64,000 bases of DNA. Origin: an uncultured Pelagibacteraceae bacterium (GTDB lineage Bacteria > Pseudomonadota > Alphaproteobacteria > Pelagibacterales > Pelagibacteraceae). The stretch's first letter is position 1. Every line of letters starts with the position of its first letter. The notes beneath the pieces were generated by a model. That model worked only from the letters and a program-made list of their open reading frames with translations, was not told the origin of the DNA and ran no database searches. Position numbers and translations under genes: made by a program. Positions 10,192 to 19,068 of the stretch are shown here, piece after piece. The stretch lies in NCBI GenBank assembly GCA_902634885.1, contig CACPLR010000001.1, forward strand, positions 16,170-80,169. Reading direction: 5' to 3'.

Positions 10192-10656
10192 ATGCTTAAA
10201 AATAAATTTATATCTTTATTTCTATTTTTAATTGTTACATTTACCGCATCTTTTACAGGAGGTATTTTAACAATTAAATTCAAAGATCCTTGGTATTCTC
10301 TATTAAACAAACCATTTTTCAATCCACCAGATTGGATATTTGCACCAGTATGGACAATCTTGTATTTTTTAATGGCTCTAGCAATTTGGAACATTTGGAT
10401 AAAAAGTAATAAGTTAAACCTAGTTTACTTATATTTTATTCATCTAATATTTAACACAACTTGGAGTATCGTTTTTTTTGGGTTTAAAAATATAGAACTA
10501 GCCTTAATAAATTTAATTGTGATAATTTTATTCATTGTAATTTTGTTTCTAAAATATAAAGATATAAGCAGGCTCAGTGCGTATTTAATGATACCTTATT
10601 TTTTGTGGTGTAGTTATGCACTTTTGTTAAATTTTAATTTAATGATTTTAAATTAA
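10192..10656 (+). CDS. tspO: TspO/MBR tryptophan-rich sensory protein
   Basis: WYSLLNKPFFNPPDWIFAPVWTILY, NTTWSIVFF, LMIPYFLW. Confidence 0.93.
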   Translation: MLKNKFISLFLFLIVTFTASFTGGILTIKFKDPWYSLLNKPFFNPPDWIFAPVWTILYFLMALAIWNIWIKSNKLNLVYLYFIHLIFNTTWSIVFFGFKNIELALINLIVIILFIVILFLKYKDISRLSAYLMIPYFLWCSYALLLNFNLMILN

Positions 10657-10658
10657 TT

Positions 10659-11762
10659 ATGGATGATGTAGTCGTTATTGGCGGAGGTATTATTGGTGCT
10701 GCAACTGCTTACTTTTTATCTAAGGAAGGCAGAAAAGTAAAAGTTATTGAAAGAGACCCAACTTATAAAACTGCTTCTTTCCCTTTATCACTCGGAGGAT
10801 TTAGAAGACAATTTTTTCAAAAAGAAAATATTTTACTAGGAAAATTTGCTAAAGAATTCATATTCAGTATACCCGAACTGTTAAAAACTGAAAAAAATCC
10901 AAATCCAACAGCAAGCATGGTACCAAATGGATATCTACTTATGTTTGGTCCAGAACATGCTGAAGAACAATATAGAGCTCTCGAAAATCATAAAGCTTGT
11001 GATGCAGGTACAAAAAACATTAAGGGATCAGAACTTAATAATGTATTTCCTTATATAAACAATGAAGGAATTGAAACAGCAACTTTTACAGATAATAAAA
11101 GCGAAGGGTGGATCGATCCTTTTCTTTTTCATAGCGCACTAAAGTCAAAGGCAATTGATCTTGGAGCAGAGTTTATCAAAGGGGAAGTAAAGTCCCTTTC
11201 TGAGATAAACGCCAAAACAATCGTTTCAGCTGCAGGGTGTTGGACAAAAGAATTACTAGAAGACATTCCTGTAGTTCCACAAAAACACACAGTTTTTAGA
11301 GTTAAATGTCCAAAACATATTCCAGAAATGCCATTAACAGGAGATCTTACAACGGGTGTTTATTGGCGACCTGAGGGAAAAGAATATCTAGCTGGATCAC
11401 CAATATCAGTCTTTGATGCAGATGATCTAGAACCAGCTTGGAACGATTTTGAGGAATTAGTATGGCCGGCTCTGGCTAAAAGAATTCCCATTTTTGAGGA
11501 ATTAAAACTAACTGGCGGTTGGGCAGGGTATTATGATTGTAATAAATTAGATAATAATGCTGTGGTTGGAAAGCATCCAAAATACGAAAACGTTTATATG
11601 GCTTCAGGTTTTACCGGAAGAGGATTAATGCAAGCCCCAGGAATAGGAAGAGCTTTAACGGAATTAATTACAACAGGAAGTTATCAAACAATTGACATCA
11701 GCGTATTTGCTGTTGAGAGAGTTTTGCAAAGTAATGCAAGACCCGAGCCTTACGTATTATAA
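10659..11762 (+). CDS. FAD-dependent oxidoreductase, DAAO/sarcosine oxidase-beta (FOXRED1-like) family
   Basis: IGGGIIG, GFRRQFFQKENI, EGWIDP, WAGYYD...DNNAVVG, SGFTGRGLMQAPGIG. Confidence 0.8.
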   Translation: MDDVVVIGGGIIGAATAYFLSKEGRKVKVIERDPTYKTASFPLSLGGFRRQFFQKENILLGKFAKEFIFSIPELLKTEKNPNPTASMVPNGYLLMFGPEHAEEQYRALENHKACDAGTKNIKGSELNNVFPYINNEGIETATFTDNKSEGWIDPFLFHSALKSKAIDLGAEFIKGEVKSLSEINAKTIVSAAGCWTKELLEDIPVVPQKHTVFRVKCPKHIPEMPLTGDLTTGVYWRPEGKEYLAGSPISVFDADDLEPAWNDFEELVWPALAKRIPIFEELKLTGGWAGYYDCNKLDNNAVVGKHPKYENVYMASGFTGRGLMQAPGIGRALTELITTGSYQTIDISVFAVERVLQSNARPEPYVL

Positions 11763-11933
11763 TTTCTTAATAAATGTTCCTAATACTCCATTAAATATTG
11801 AGACTGAAATTATAATTACCTGTCCTTTAAATGAGTAAAAATCAAAAGAGGGATAAAAACTAATTGCAATGCTAAAAAAAATGTATGTGATTAAAAAAGG
11901 TCGATAAAATTTTTTTAATTTATTAGGTAACAT
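11757..11933 (-). CDS. Small hypothetical membrane protein (58 aa), not in the ORF track
   Basis: MLPNKLKKFYRPFLITYIFFSIAISFYPSFDFYSFKGQVIIISVSIFNGVLGTFIKKL*; the ATG overlaps the upstream TSUP stop (TAATG) and the ORF fills the gap exactly. Confidence 0.6.
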   Translation of the reverse strand: MLPNKLKKFYRPFLITYIFFSIAISFYPSFDFYSFKGQVIIISVSIFNGVLGTFIKKL

Positions 11934-12676
11934 TACATAAAGTTATATCCTATTCTTAAAGCAACAAAAATAACCAGCAATGATGTAATTAAAGCAAGAA
12001 TTTTTGTTGGAAATATTTTTATATTTAAAAAATTACCTATCTGACCACCAATTAAAACAGCTACTAATAAAATAATATAATTTTTGATTTCACTAATTTC
12101 TATACTTTTTGTTATCTGACCCAAAATTCCTAAAACTGAATTTATTAAAATAAATAAAGATACCATTATTGTAATATTTTTTGGGTTTGCTGCACGAAAT
12201 AAATACAATATAGGACTTAAAAATATTCCTCCTCCAATACCCACTAAGCCAGAAACAAACCCTAAGACTATACCTATAGGAATTGAAAAATAGATAGCTA
12301 AAGATTTATATGCTTTTGAGTTATTTCCGTAAGATCTAAAATTAAACAACAACAATATTCCCGCAATACCTAAAACAAAAAATAATATTATTTCAAAAAT
12401 ATCTTTTTCAATATTTAGAGAACCTCCTATAAATGCAAAAGGAATAGATCCAATTAAATATGGAATAAGTGACCTAAAATTTAAATTTCCCGCCCTTATA
12501 TAATTAATTGAATTTCCTGAAACTACAATAATATTACAAGTTAACGCTATTATGGGAAAGATAGAGTATGGAACTCCCCAAAGAAGTAACAATGCAAGAT
12601 AAGTAGAGCCACCACCAAACCCTACACTTGAATATATTATAGCAGTTACAAAAAATAAAATAGGTAATATAATCAT
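11933..12676 (-). CDS. Sulfite exporter TauE/SafE (TSUP) family transporter
   Basis: YSSVGFGGGSTY and SGLVGIGGGIFLSP repeats, about 8 TM helices. Confidence 0.88.
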   Translation of the reverse strand: MIILPILFFVTAIIYSSVGFGGGSTYLALLLLWGVPYSIFPIIALTCNIIVVSGNSINYIRAGNLNFRSLIPYLIGSIPFAFIGGSLNIEKDIFEIILFFVLGIAGILLLFNFRSYGNNSKAYKSLAIYFSIPIGIVLGFVSGLVGIGGGIFLSPILYLFRAANPKNITIMVSLFILINSVLGILGQITKSIEISEIKNYIILLVAVLIGGQIGNFLNIKIFPTKILALITSLLVIFVALRIGYNFM

Positions 12677-12685
12677 CCAATTATT

Positions 12686-13186
12686 ATGAGAGTAAATATA
12701 GCACTATTAACAGTAACAGATACAAGAACTTTAAAAACAGATAAATCTGGAAATATTCTTGTAAAAAAAATAAACAAGGCTGGTCATAATTTAGTTGAGA
12801 GAGAAATTTGCAAAGATAGTAAAAAAGATATTAAAAAAATTTTAAAGATTTGGATAAAAATTAAAAAAATTGATGTAATTATTACAACTGGTGGAACAGG
12901 ATTAACCGGAAGAGATATTACTCCAGAAGCAATTGATGAAATAGCAGATAAAAAAATACCAGGTTTCGGTGAAATATTTAGATATATAAGCCTATCTACA
13001 GTTGGCACATCTTCTATTCAATCAAGGGCATGTGCAGTACTTGCGAATGGAAAGTATGTATTTGCACTTCCAGGTTCTTCAGGAGGTGTAACAGACGCTT
13101 GGGATAAAATTCTTGTTCATCAACTTAATATCAAACACAAACCATGTAATTTTGTGGAGTTATTTCCAAGATTAAAAGAGAAATAA
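12686..13186 (+). CDS. moaB: Molybdenum cofactor biosynthesis protein B
   Basis: LTVTDTR...DKSG, ITTGGTGLTGRDITPEA, FALPGS, PCNF. Confidence 0.93.
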   Translation: MRVNIALLTVTDTRTLKTDKSGNILVKKINKAGHNLVEREICKDSKKDIKKILKIWIKIKKIDVIITTGGTGLTGRDITPEAIDEIADKKIPGFGEIFRYISLSTVGTSSIQSRACAVLANGKYVFALPGSSGGVTDAWDKILVHQLNIKHKPCNFVELFPRLKEK

Positions 13187-13432
13187 TTACTTTTGGTATT
13201 TCTCTTTCCATTCAGTATAAGGCATACCGTAAACATGTTCTCTAGCATCAGGATCTGAAATCTCAATTCCTCTTTTTTGAGCTTCTTCGCGGTACCATTT
13301 AGAAAGGCAATTTCTGCAAAACCCAGCAAGATTCATTAGATCAATGTTTTGAACATCTTTTCTCTCTCTTAAATGTTCTATAAGTCTATTAAATGTAGCA
13401 GATTGTAACTCGTTATTAATTTTTTCATCCAT
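13187..13432 (-). CDS. DUF1244 family protein
   Basis: RKDVQNIDLMNLAGFCRNCLSKWY and VYGMPY.EWK motifs; start re-assigned to MDEKINNE (13432). Confidence 0.8.
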   Translation of the reverse strand: MDEKINNELQSATFNRLIEHLRERKDVQNIDLMNLAGFCRNCLSKWYREEAQKRGIEISDPDAREHVYGMPYTEWKEKYQK

Positions 13433-13476
13433 AAGACAAATATAGTCTTTTAATAAAAAATATGAATAAAAAAATA

Positions 13477-14070
13477 TCAAGTAACAGATTTTTTCTTTAA
13501 TAAAAATTTAATAAAATCTAATCTTAAGGTTAAAAGAGTTATTAGAATTATTAAGTATATCAATGGCTCAAAAAAAATAGTCTTAGATAACCAGATAAAA
13601 TGTAGAACAGCAAAAATACCAATTAAATAAGATAGTCTATGAATTTTTTTCCAGTTTTGTTTTAAGATAAGTACCATTTTTTGATTTGAAGTAACAACAA
13701 GAGGTAACATCAAAATCCACGCAGCAAATCCTATAAAAATAAATTTTTTATTCAAAACATCATCAATAATTGGATCTAAATTAAACTGATAATCTAAACC
13801 AATATAAGTAAGCAAATGTAAAGTTCCGTAAAAAAAAGCAAATAATCCCAACATCCTTCGATATTTTATCCAAGCTAAAATTTTTGTAATATTTTTAAGA
13901 GGTGTCATTGCTAGAGACAGTAAAATAAATCTTAATGTCCACTCTCCTGTATGATGAGTTACTTGTTTTACTGGTTCTGCTCCAAGTTTATTAAATAAAA
14001 TTTGATAAGCTATTATTATAAAAGGAACTAAACACAATACAAAGATTGTGGGTTTGAAAATTTTTATCAT
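13477..14070 (-). CDS. msrQ: Protein-methionine-sulfoxide reductase heme-binding membrane subunit
   Basis: HHTGEW, RRMLGLFAFFYGTLH, WKKIHRLSY...LH heme His residues; downstream of msrP. Confidence 0.92.
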   Translation of the reverse strand: MIKIFKPTIFVLCLVPFIIIAYQILFNKLGAEPVKQVTHHTGEWTLRFILLSLAMTPLKNITKILAWIKYRRMLGLFAFFYGTLHLLTYIGLDYQFNLDPIIDDVLNKKFIFIGFAAWILMLPLVVTSNQKMVLILKQNWKKIHRLSYLIGIFAVLHFIWLSKTIFFEPLIYLIILITLLTLRLDFIKFLLKKKSVT

Positions 14071-14074
14071 TTAA

Positions 14075-14992
14075 TTAAAAATTTTTTCTTAAATCCATTC
14101 CATCATAGAGACCGGCAACTTCATCCCCATAACCATTAAACATCAATGTTTTAATTCTTGGTGAGTATATATTCTCACCAATTACTCTTTCAGTCGCTTG
14201 TGACCATCTTGGGTGTGATACATTAGGATTAACATTAGAATAAAAACCATACTCGTTTGGTGAAGCATTCATCCAAGACGAGACAGGCATTTTTTCAACA
14301 AATTTTATATTAACAATTGCCTTGGCACTTTTAAACCCATATTTCCATGGCACTATCAATCTTAAAGGTGCACCGTTTTGATTTGGTAATTCTTTTCCAT
14401 AAAGACCAGTAACCATTATCGTTAATGGATGCATAGCTTCATCGATTCTCAAACCTTCTTTATATGGCCAATTCAATACTGGAAATCTTTGTCCTTTCAT
14501 TTGATCTGGATCATATACAGATGTAAATTTTACAAATTTAGCTTTAGATGTTGGCTTAACTTTTTTTAATAGTTTATTGAGTGGAAAACCTAACCATGGT
14601 ACTACCATCGACCAGCCTTCAACACATCTAAATCTGTATATTCTCTCTTCACTTGGGATCATATTTTTAATTTCCTCAACAGACAGCGTAATTTCGTTTT
14701 CAACTTCCCCATCAATTTTAACATCCCATGGGTTTGTAATAAAATCTTTTGAGTTTTTATGAGGATCAGACTTACTTGTCCCAAATTCGTAATAGTTGTT
14801 GTATGTAGTTGCAAATTTATAAGGAGTTATTTTCCGTTCTGTTTCAGGGGTATACGATAAAGCAGACGTAATTATATTTTGAGAAGTGAAAGCAGTTCCA
14901 GTTACAATACCCATTTTCTTAAGGAATTCTCGTCTATTAATATAAAAACTTTCAGGAGTTATTTCCGAAGATTTAAATTTATGCAATTTCAT
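14075..14992 (-). CDS. msrP: Protein-methionine-sulfoxide reductase catalytic subunit (Tat-exported molybdoenzyme)
   Basis: SEITPE, NRREFLK Tat motif, YNNYYEFG, Mo-Cys FRCVEGWS, QNGAPLRLIVPWKYGFKS, HPRWSQATER; start at 14992 overlaps the moaE stop (ATGA). Confidence 0.95.
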   Translation of the reverse strand: MKLHKFKSSEITPESFYINRREFLKKMGIVTGTAFTSQNIITSALSYTPETERKITPYKFATTYNNYYEFGTSKSDPHKNSKDFITNPWDVKIDGEVENEITLSVEEIKNMIPSEERIYRFRCVEGWSMVVPWLGFPLNKLLKKVKPTSKAKFVKFTSVYDPDQMKGQRFPVLNWPYKEGLRIDEAMHPLTIMVTGLYGKELPNQNGAPLRLIVPWKYGFKSAKAIVNIKFVEKMPVSSWMNASPNEYGFYSNVNPNVSHPRWSQATERVIGENIYSPRIKTLMFNGYGDEVAGLYDGMDLRKNF

Positions 14993-15432
14993 GTTGTTAA
15001 CGAAATACCTTTGAGCCATTCACTGTCCTCATTTTCATAATGTTCTTTTTTCCATATAGGTGATCTTTTCTTTATTTCTTCAATAATAAATTTTGAAAGT
15101 CGATATGCCTCATCTCTATGTTTACAAGCTACTCCAATTAGTATGCTTTTTTCAGAAAGTTTGAGGTGACCCTTTGCATGTTCAATAAAAACAGCTTTAT
15201 TTTTAATTCCAAGTTTTTGCTCTGTCTCGTTATAAATTTCCTTAAAACTTTTGATTACCATTGAGTCTTTTGCATCGTAGGTAATCCCATTAACTTTTTT
15301 ATTTTCGTTACTATCCCTAACAACTCCAACAAAATAAATTACAGCACCAAATTTTTCCGATTTTAAAAAATGTTCAGCTCTGGAAATTTCGATATTTTCA
15401 ATTGAAGAGTCTATAATTTTTGCGTGAAGCAT
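14989..15432 (-). CDS. moaE: Molybdopterin synthase catalytic subunit
   Basis: GAVIYFVGVVR, HRDEAY, EEIKKRSPIWKKEHY. Confidence 0.92.
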   Translation of the reverse strand: MLHAKIIDSSIENIEISRAEHFLKSEKFGAVIYFVGVVRDSNENKKVNGITYDAKDSMVIKSFKEIYNETEQKLGIKNKAVFIEHAKGHLKLSEKSILIGVACKHRDEAYRLSKFIIEEIKKRSPIWKKEHYENEDSEWLKGISLTT

Positions 15433-15701
15433 TAACCACCTCCAATTGGTGGAATAATTCCAATTATTTGATTTTTATTCAAAATCTGGTTTTCTTTTAT
15501 TAATTGATCTTTATCTGAGCAAAATGCTGAACTTTTTATAATTTCTTTATATTTAAAATTTCCATCAAATTTATTATCAACATGCTCACAAAGTTTTTTT
15601 TTAATATCAATTATTTTACAAGATTTTGAAAAACTAAACTCTAAATATTTTGTTTTACTGAATTCTCTAGCAGCTCCATATAACTCAACAGATATTTTCA
15701 T
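15432..15701 (-). CDS. moaD: Molybdopterin synthase sulfur carrier subunit
   Basis: VELYGAARE N-terminus and C-terminal IIPPIGGG. Confidence 0.88.
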   Translation of the reverse strand: MKISVELYGAAREFSKTKYLEFSFSKSCKIIDIKKKLCEHVDNKFDGNFKYKEIIKSSAFCSDKDQLIKENQILNKNQIIGIIPPIGGG

Positions 15702-16252
15702 TAATTAAATATCTCTTTTAAAAAATCTGGTAATCCATCTGGATTTTTCCATAATCCTTTTTTTCCACCTTCTTTAATTAATAATTTTATATCAGAAATT
15801 TTTAAATGTGGATTTACTATCTTGCTTAAATCATAAATAGTTATTAGAGCGCTATTTACTCCCATTATTGCTTCCATCTCTACACCAGTTTTAGAAAATG
15901 TTGAGACAACACAAAAGACATCAAGTGAAAAAGTTTTATCATCCAATATAATTTTTGTTGAAATATGATCAATTGAAAGAGGGTGGCATAATGGAATAAT
16001 TTCACTCGTTTTTTTTACACCTAATATGGCTGATACCTCTGCTAAAGAAATAGGGTCCCCCTTAGGCATTTGATTGGATTTAATTAATGAAAAAACTTTT
16101 TCACCAACATAAATTTTCCCTGTCGCTAGTGCTCTTCTAAAAGTTTCTTTCTTTGAGGACACATCTACCATTTTATATGAATTTTTTTGGAACAATTCTT
16201 CAGCCCAATCTCTCAAATCATTTTTTTTAATTATTTTTAAACTTTTCATCAT
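15701..16252 (-). CDS. moaC: Cyclic pyranopterin monophosphate synthase
   Basis: MVDVSSK, KKTSEIIPLCHP, KTGVEMEA, TIYDLSK, KEGGK. Confidence 0.95.
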   Translation of the reverse strand: MMKSLKIIKKNDLRDWAEELFQKNSYKMVDVSSKKETFRRALATGKIYVGEKVFSLIKSNQMPKGDPISLAEVSAILGVKKTSEIIPLCHPLSIDHISTKIILDDKTFSLDVFCVVSTFSKTGVEMEAIMGVNSALITIYDLSKIVNPHLKISDIKLLIKEGGKKGLWKNPDGLPDFLKEIFN

Positions 16253-17241
16253 CCCCCAGTTACTGACAAGTTATTGGTTAAACCAGTTTCTCCAAGTTCT
16301 AAGTAATGAGATTCTTTTTTAAAATTTAATTGTTTCAAAATTAAATCCTTTAATTCTTCAGTTTGGTCATCTCTTTGAATTAAGTGTCTTATGTTTATTC
16401 CTGTATTACCAAACAAACACAATCTTAAGTCTCCTCTAGATGTAATTCTCAATCTGTTGCAAGATTTACAAAAATCTTTTGAATAAGGAGCAATAACTCC
16501 AAATTTTCCATTAAATTCTGGATTTATGTAATTTTTAGATGGACCAGCATCTTTACCTAGAGTTTGTATTATCCAATGATTTTTAATTAAAAAGTCAGTG
16601 AATACTTTTGAAGAAATATGATATTTTTTAAAATAATCTGAGTTATCGCCTGTTTGCATCAATTCAATATATCTAAAATCTACTTGATTTAATTTTATGT
16701 AATTAGACCATTGCTTAAAATCTTTATCATTACTGTTTACCCCTTTTAAAAGAACAGCGTTAATTTTAATATTTTTAAAATTTAGTTTTTGTAGTTTTTC
16801 AATACCTTTTAAAATCTCATTTAATCGATCATGTCCTGTAATTTTATGAAACTTATTTTTATCTAAGCTATCAATACTTATATTTATTCCATCTAAACCA
16901 CTTTCTACAAGCTGTTCTGCAAATTTATCAAGTTTATATCCATTAGTAGTGATTACAGTCTTATTTATTCCTGAACTTTTTTTTATTACTTTTACAATAT
17001 CATAAAAATCTTTTCTAATTGTAGGTTCTCCACCAGTTAATCTAATCTTACTTACTCCCAATTCAGATAAACCTTTAGCTAATCTTTTAATTTCTTCTAA
17101 ACTTAAAAAAGTTCTATTGTCACTTTTGTCAATTTTGAAGCCATTAGGTAAACAATAGCCACATTTAAAATTACATACATCTGTTATGGATAATCTTATG
17201 TAAGGAAATTTTCTGCCAAATTTGTCTTTTAATAATTCCAT
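16249..17241 (-). CDS. moaA: GTP 3',8-cyclase (radical SAM)
   Basis: CNFKCGYC, RLTGGEP, FCKSCNRLRITS.G.LRLCLF, C-terminal GG. Confidence 0.97.
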   Translation of the reverse strand: MELLKDKFGRKFPYIRLSITDVCNFKCGYCLPNGFKIDKSDNRTFLSLEEIKRLAKGLSELGVSKIRLTGGEPTIRKDFYDIVKVIKKSSGINKTVITTNGYKLDKFAEQLVESGLDGINISIDSLDKNKFHKITGHDRLNEILKGIEKLQKLNFKNIKINAVLLKGVNSNDKDFKQWSNYIKLNQVDFRYIELMQTGDNSDYFKKYHISSKVFTDFLIKNHWIIQTLGKDAGPSKNYINPEFNGKFGVIAPYSKDFCKSCNRLRITSRGDLRLCLFGNTGINIRHLIQRDDQTEELKDLILKQLNFKKESHYLELGETGLTNNLSVTGG

Positions 17242-17460
17242 ATTTAGATAATCATAGTTTTCTAACTAAATTCAATAAGTCTTTTTACAATTCAAAGTTG
17301 AATTCAAAATAACACATTTACAAGATCAAATTAACAGTCTTAAATTAATTTATTATAAATTTGGGTTTAAAAATTATTCAGTCTTCAATCTCTTTTAAAT
17401 TCAAAAACGACTGAAATAAATAAGTTAATTTCGAATTTATATACTTAATGTACTTAACTT

Positions 17461-17467
17461 AAGGAGG
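17461..17467 (+). promoter_or_regulatory. Strong Shine-Dalgarno site of aldB
   Basis: AAGGAGG 5 nt upstream of ATG 17473. Confidence 0.8.
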
Positions 17468-17472
17468 AAAAA

Positions 17473-19017
17473 ATGAGTGCAGAAGCATTGAAAGTGTCGT
17501 CAGCTCTAGACACATCTCATTTAAAAGTAAAATTTCCATTTAAAGCTAAATATGGAAACTACATAAATGGGAAATTTGTAGAGCCTTTATCAGGCAAATA
17601 TTTTGATAATCCAAGCCCGATATCGAACGAGATTATCTGTTCTGTTGCAAGATCAAATGAAAAAGATGTTGAAGCAGCATTAGATGCGGCTCACGCAGCG
17701 TTTAAAGAATGGGGAAAAACAGATATTACAACTAGATCTGTTATTCTTAACAAGATAGCAGATGTTCTTGAACAAAATAAAGACATGCTAGCTGTGGCTG
17801 AGTGTTTAGATAATGGTAAACCAATTAGAGAATGTATGGCAGCAGACATGGCTTTAGTGATAGATCATTGGAGATATTTTGCTGGAGTAATTAGAGCTGA
17901 GGAAGGCTCAGTTGCTGAAATCAGTAACTCGCAATACTCTTACAATATACCAGAACCTTTAGGAGTAGTTGGCCAGATAGTACCATGGAATTTTCCATTG
18001 TTAATGGCAACATGGAAATTAGCTCCAGCACTTGCAGCAGGAAACTGTTCAGTTTTAAAACCAGCTGAACAAACTCCAGCTTCAATTATGGTAATGATGG
18101 AACTTATTGGAGATTTATTACCTCCAGGAGTTGTGAACATTGTAAGTGGTTTCGGTTTAGAAGCAGGTAAACCTTTAGCATCGTCAAAAAGAGTTGCTAA
18201 AGTTGCATTCACCGGTGAAACAACAACTGGAAGATTAATTATGCAGTATGCTGCACAAAACATTATTCCAATTACACTTGAGTTAGGTGGTAAATCTCCT
18301 AACATTTTCTTTGAGGACATCATGGATAAAGATGATGATTTTTTAGATAAGTGTGTTGAAGGTTTTGTAATGTTCAATCTTAATCAAGGTGAAGTTTGTA
18401 CTTGTCCAAGTAGAGCATTAGTCCAAGAATCTATTTATGATAAATTCATGGAAAAATGTATCGCGAGAACTAAAGCCGTTGTTCAAGACAATCCATTAAA
18501 AATGGAAACAATGATTGGGGCACAAGCCTCAGTTGAGCAAATGGAAAAAATCAAATCTTACTTAGATCTTGGTAAAAAAGAAGGTGCTAAAGTTCTAGCA
18601 GGTGGAGAAGTTGGTAAACTTAATAGTGGATTGGAAAAAGGAAATTATATTCAACCAACTATTTTTGAAGCTGACAACTCAATGAGAATTTCTCAAGAAG
18701 AAATTTTTGGACCTGTTGTATCTGTAATTAAATTTAAAGATGAAGCAGAGGCATTAGAAATTGCTAATGATACTCTTTATGGTTTAGGTGCAGGTGTTTG
18801 GACTAGAAATGGTAATATTGCTTACAGAATGGGTAGAGCAATACAGGCAGGAATAGTATGGACTAACTGTTACCATGCATACCCAGCCCACTCTCCATTT
18901 GGCGGTTACAAACAATCAGGAGTTGGTAGAGAAACTCATAAAATGATGCTTAATCATTACAGACAGAATAAGAACTTACATGTCTCTTATGCTGAGAAAA
19001 AATTAGGCTTCTTTTAA
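17473..19017 (+). CDS. aldB: Aldehyde (acetaldehyde) dehydrogenase, AldB/ExaC/AcoD type
   Basis: [69 protein letters not shown]; followed by DUF779. Confidence 0.92.
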   Translation: MSAEALKVSSALDTSHLKVKFPFKAKYGNYINGKFVEPLSGKYFDNPSPISNEIICSVARSNEKDVEAALDAAHAAFKEWGKTDITTRSVILNKIADVLEQNKDMLAVAECLDNGKPIRECMAADMALVIDHWRYFAGVIRAEEGSVAEISNSQYSYNIPEPLGVVGQIVPWNFPLLMATWKLAPALAAGNCSVLKPAEQTPASIMVMMELIGDLLPPGVVNIVSGFGLEAGKPLASSKRVAKVAFTGETTTGRLIMQYAAQNIIPITLELGGKSPNIFFEDIMDKDDDFLDKCVEGFVMFNLNQGEVCTCPSRALVQESIYDKFMEKCIARTKAVVQDNPLKMETMIGAQASVEQMEKIKSYLDLGKKEGAKVLAGGEVGKLNSGLEKGNYIQPTIFEADNSMRISQEEIFGPVVSVIKFKDEAEALEIANDTLYGLGAGVWTRNGNIAYRMGRAIQAGIVWTNCYHAYPAHSPFGGYKQSGVGRETHKMMLNHYRQNKNLHVSYAEKKLGFF

Positions 19018-19032
19018 TCAATAATATATACT

Positions 19033-19057
19033 GGCCCATGATTCTAAATCATGGGCC
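19033..19057 (+). other. Intercistronic GC-rich hairpin (11-bp stem)
   Basis: GGCCCATGATT-CTA-AATCATGGGCC between aldB and DUF779, with no strong U-tract directly after it. Confidence 0.7.
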
Positions 19058-19068
19058 GTACTTTAAAA

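Noticed and set aside
13433-13480. Long N-terminal extensions in the ORF track for DUF1244 (also msrP 15019, DUF779 19051, PhyH 42937)
   Set aside because: Downstream ATGs fit the family N-termini, give canonical stop/start coupling, or avoid hairpins and overlaps.
17242-17472. Moco/Wco riboswitch upstream of moaA
   Set aside because: The spacer is very AT-rich and lacks the multi-stem GC-containing structure expected for that RNA.
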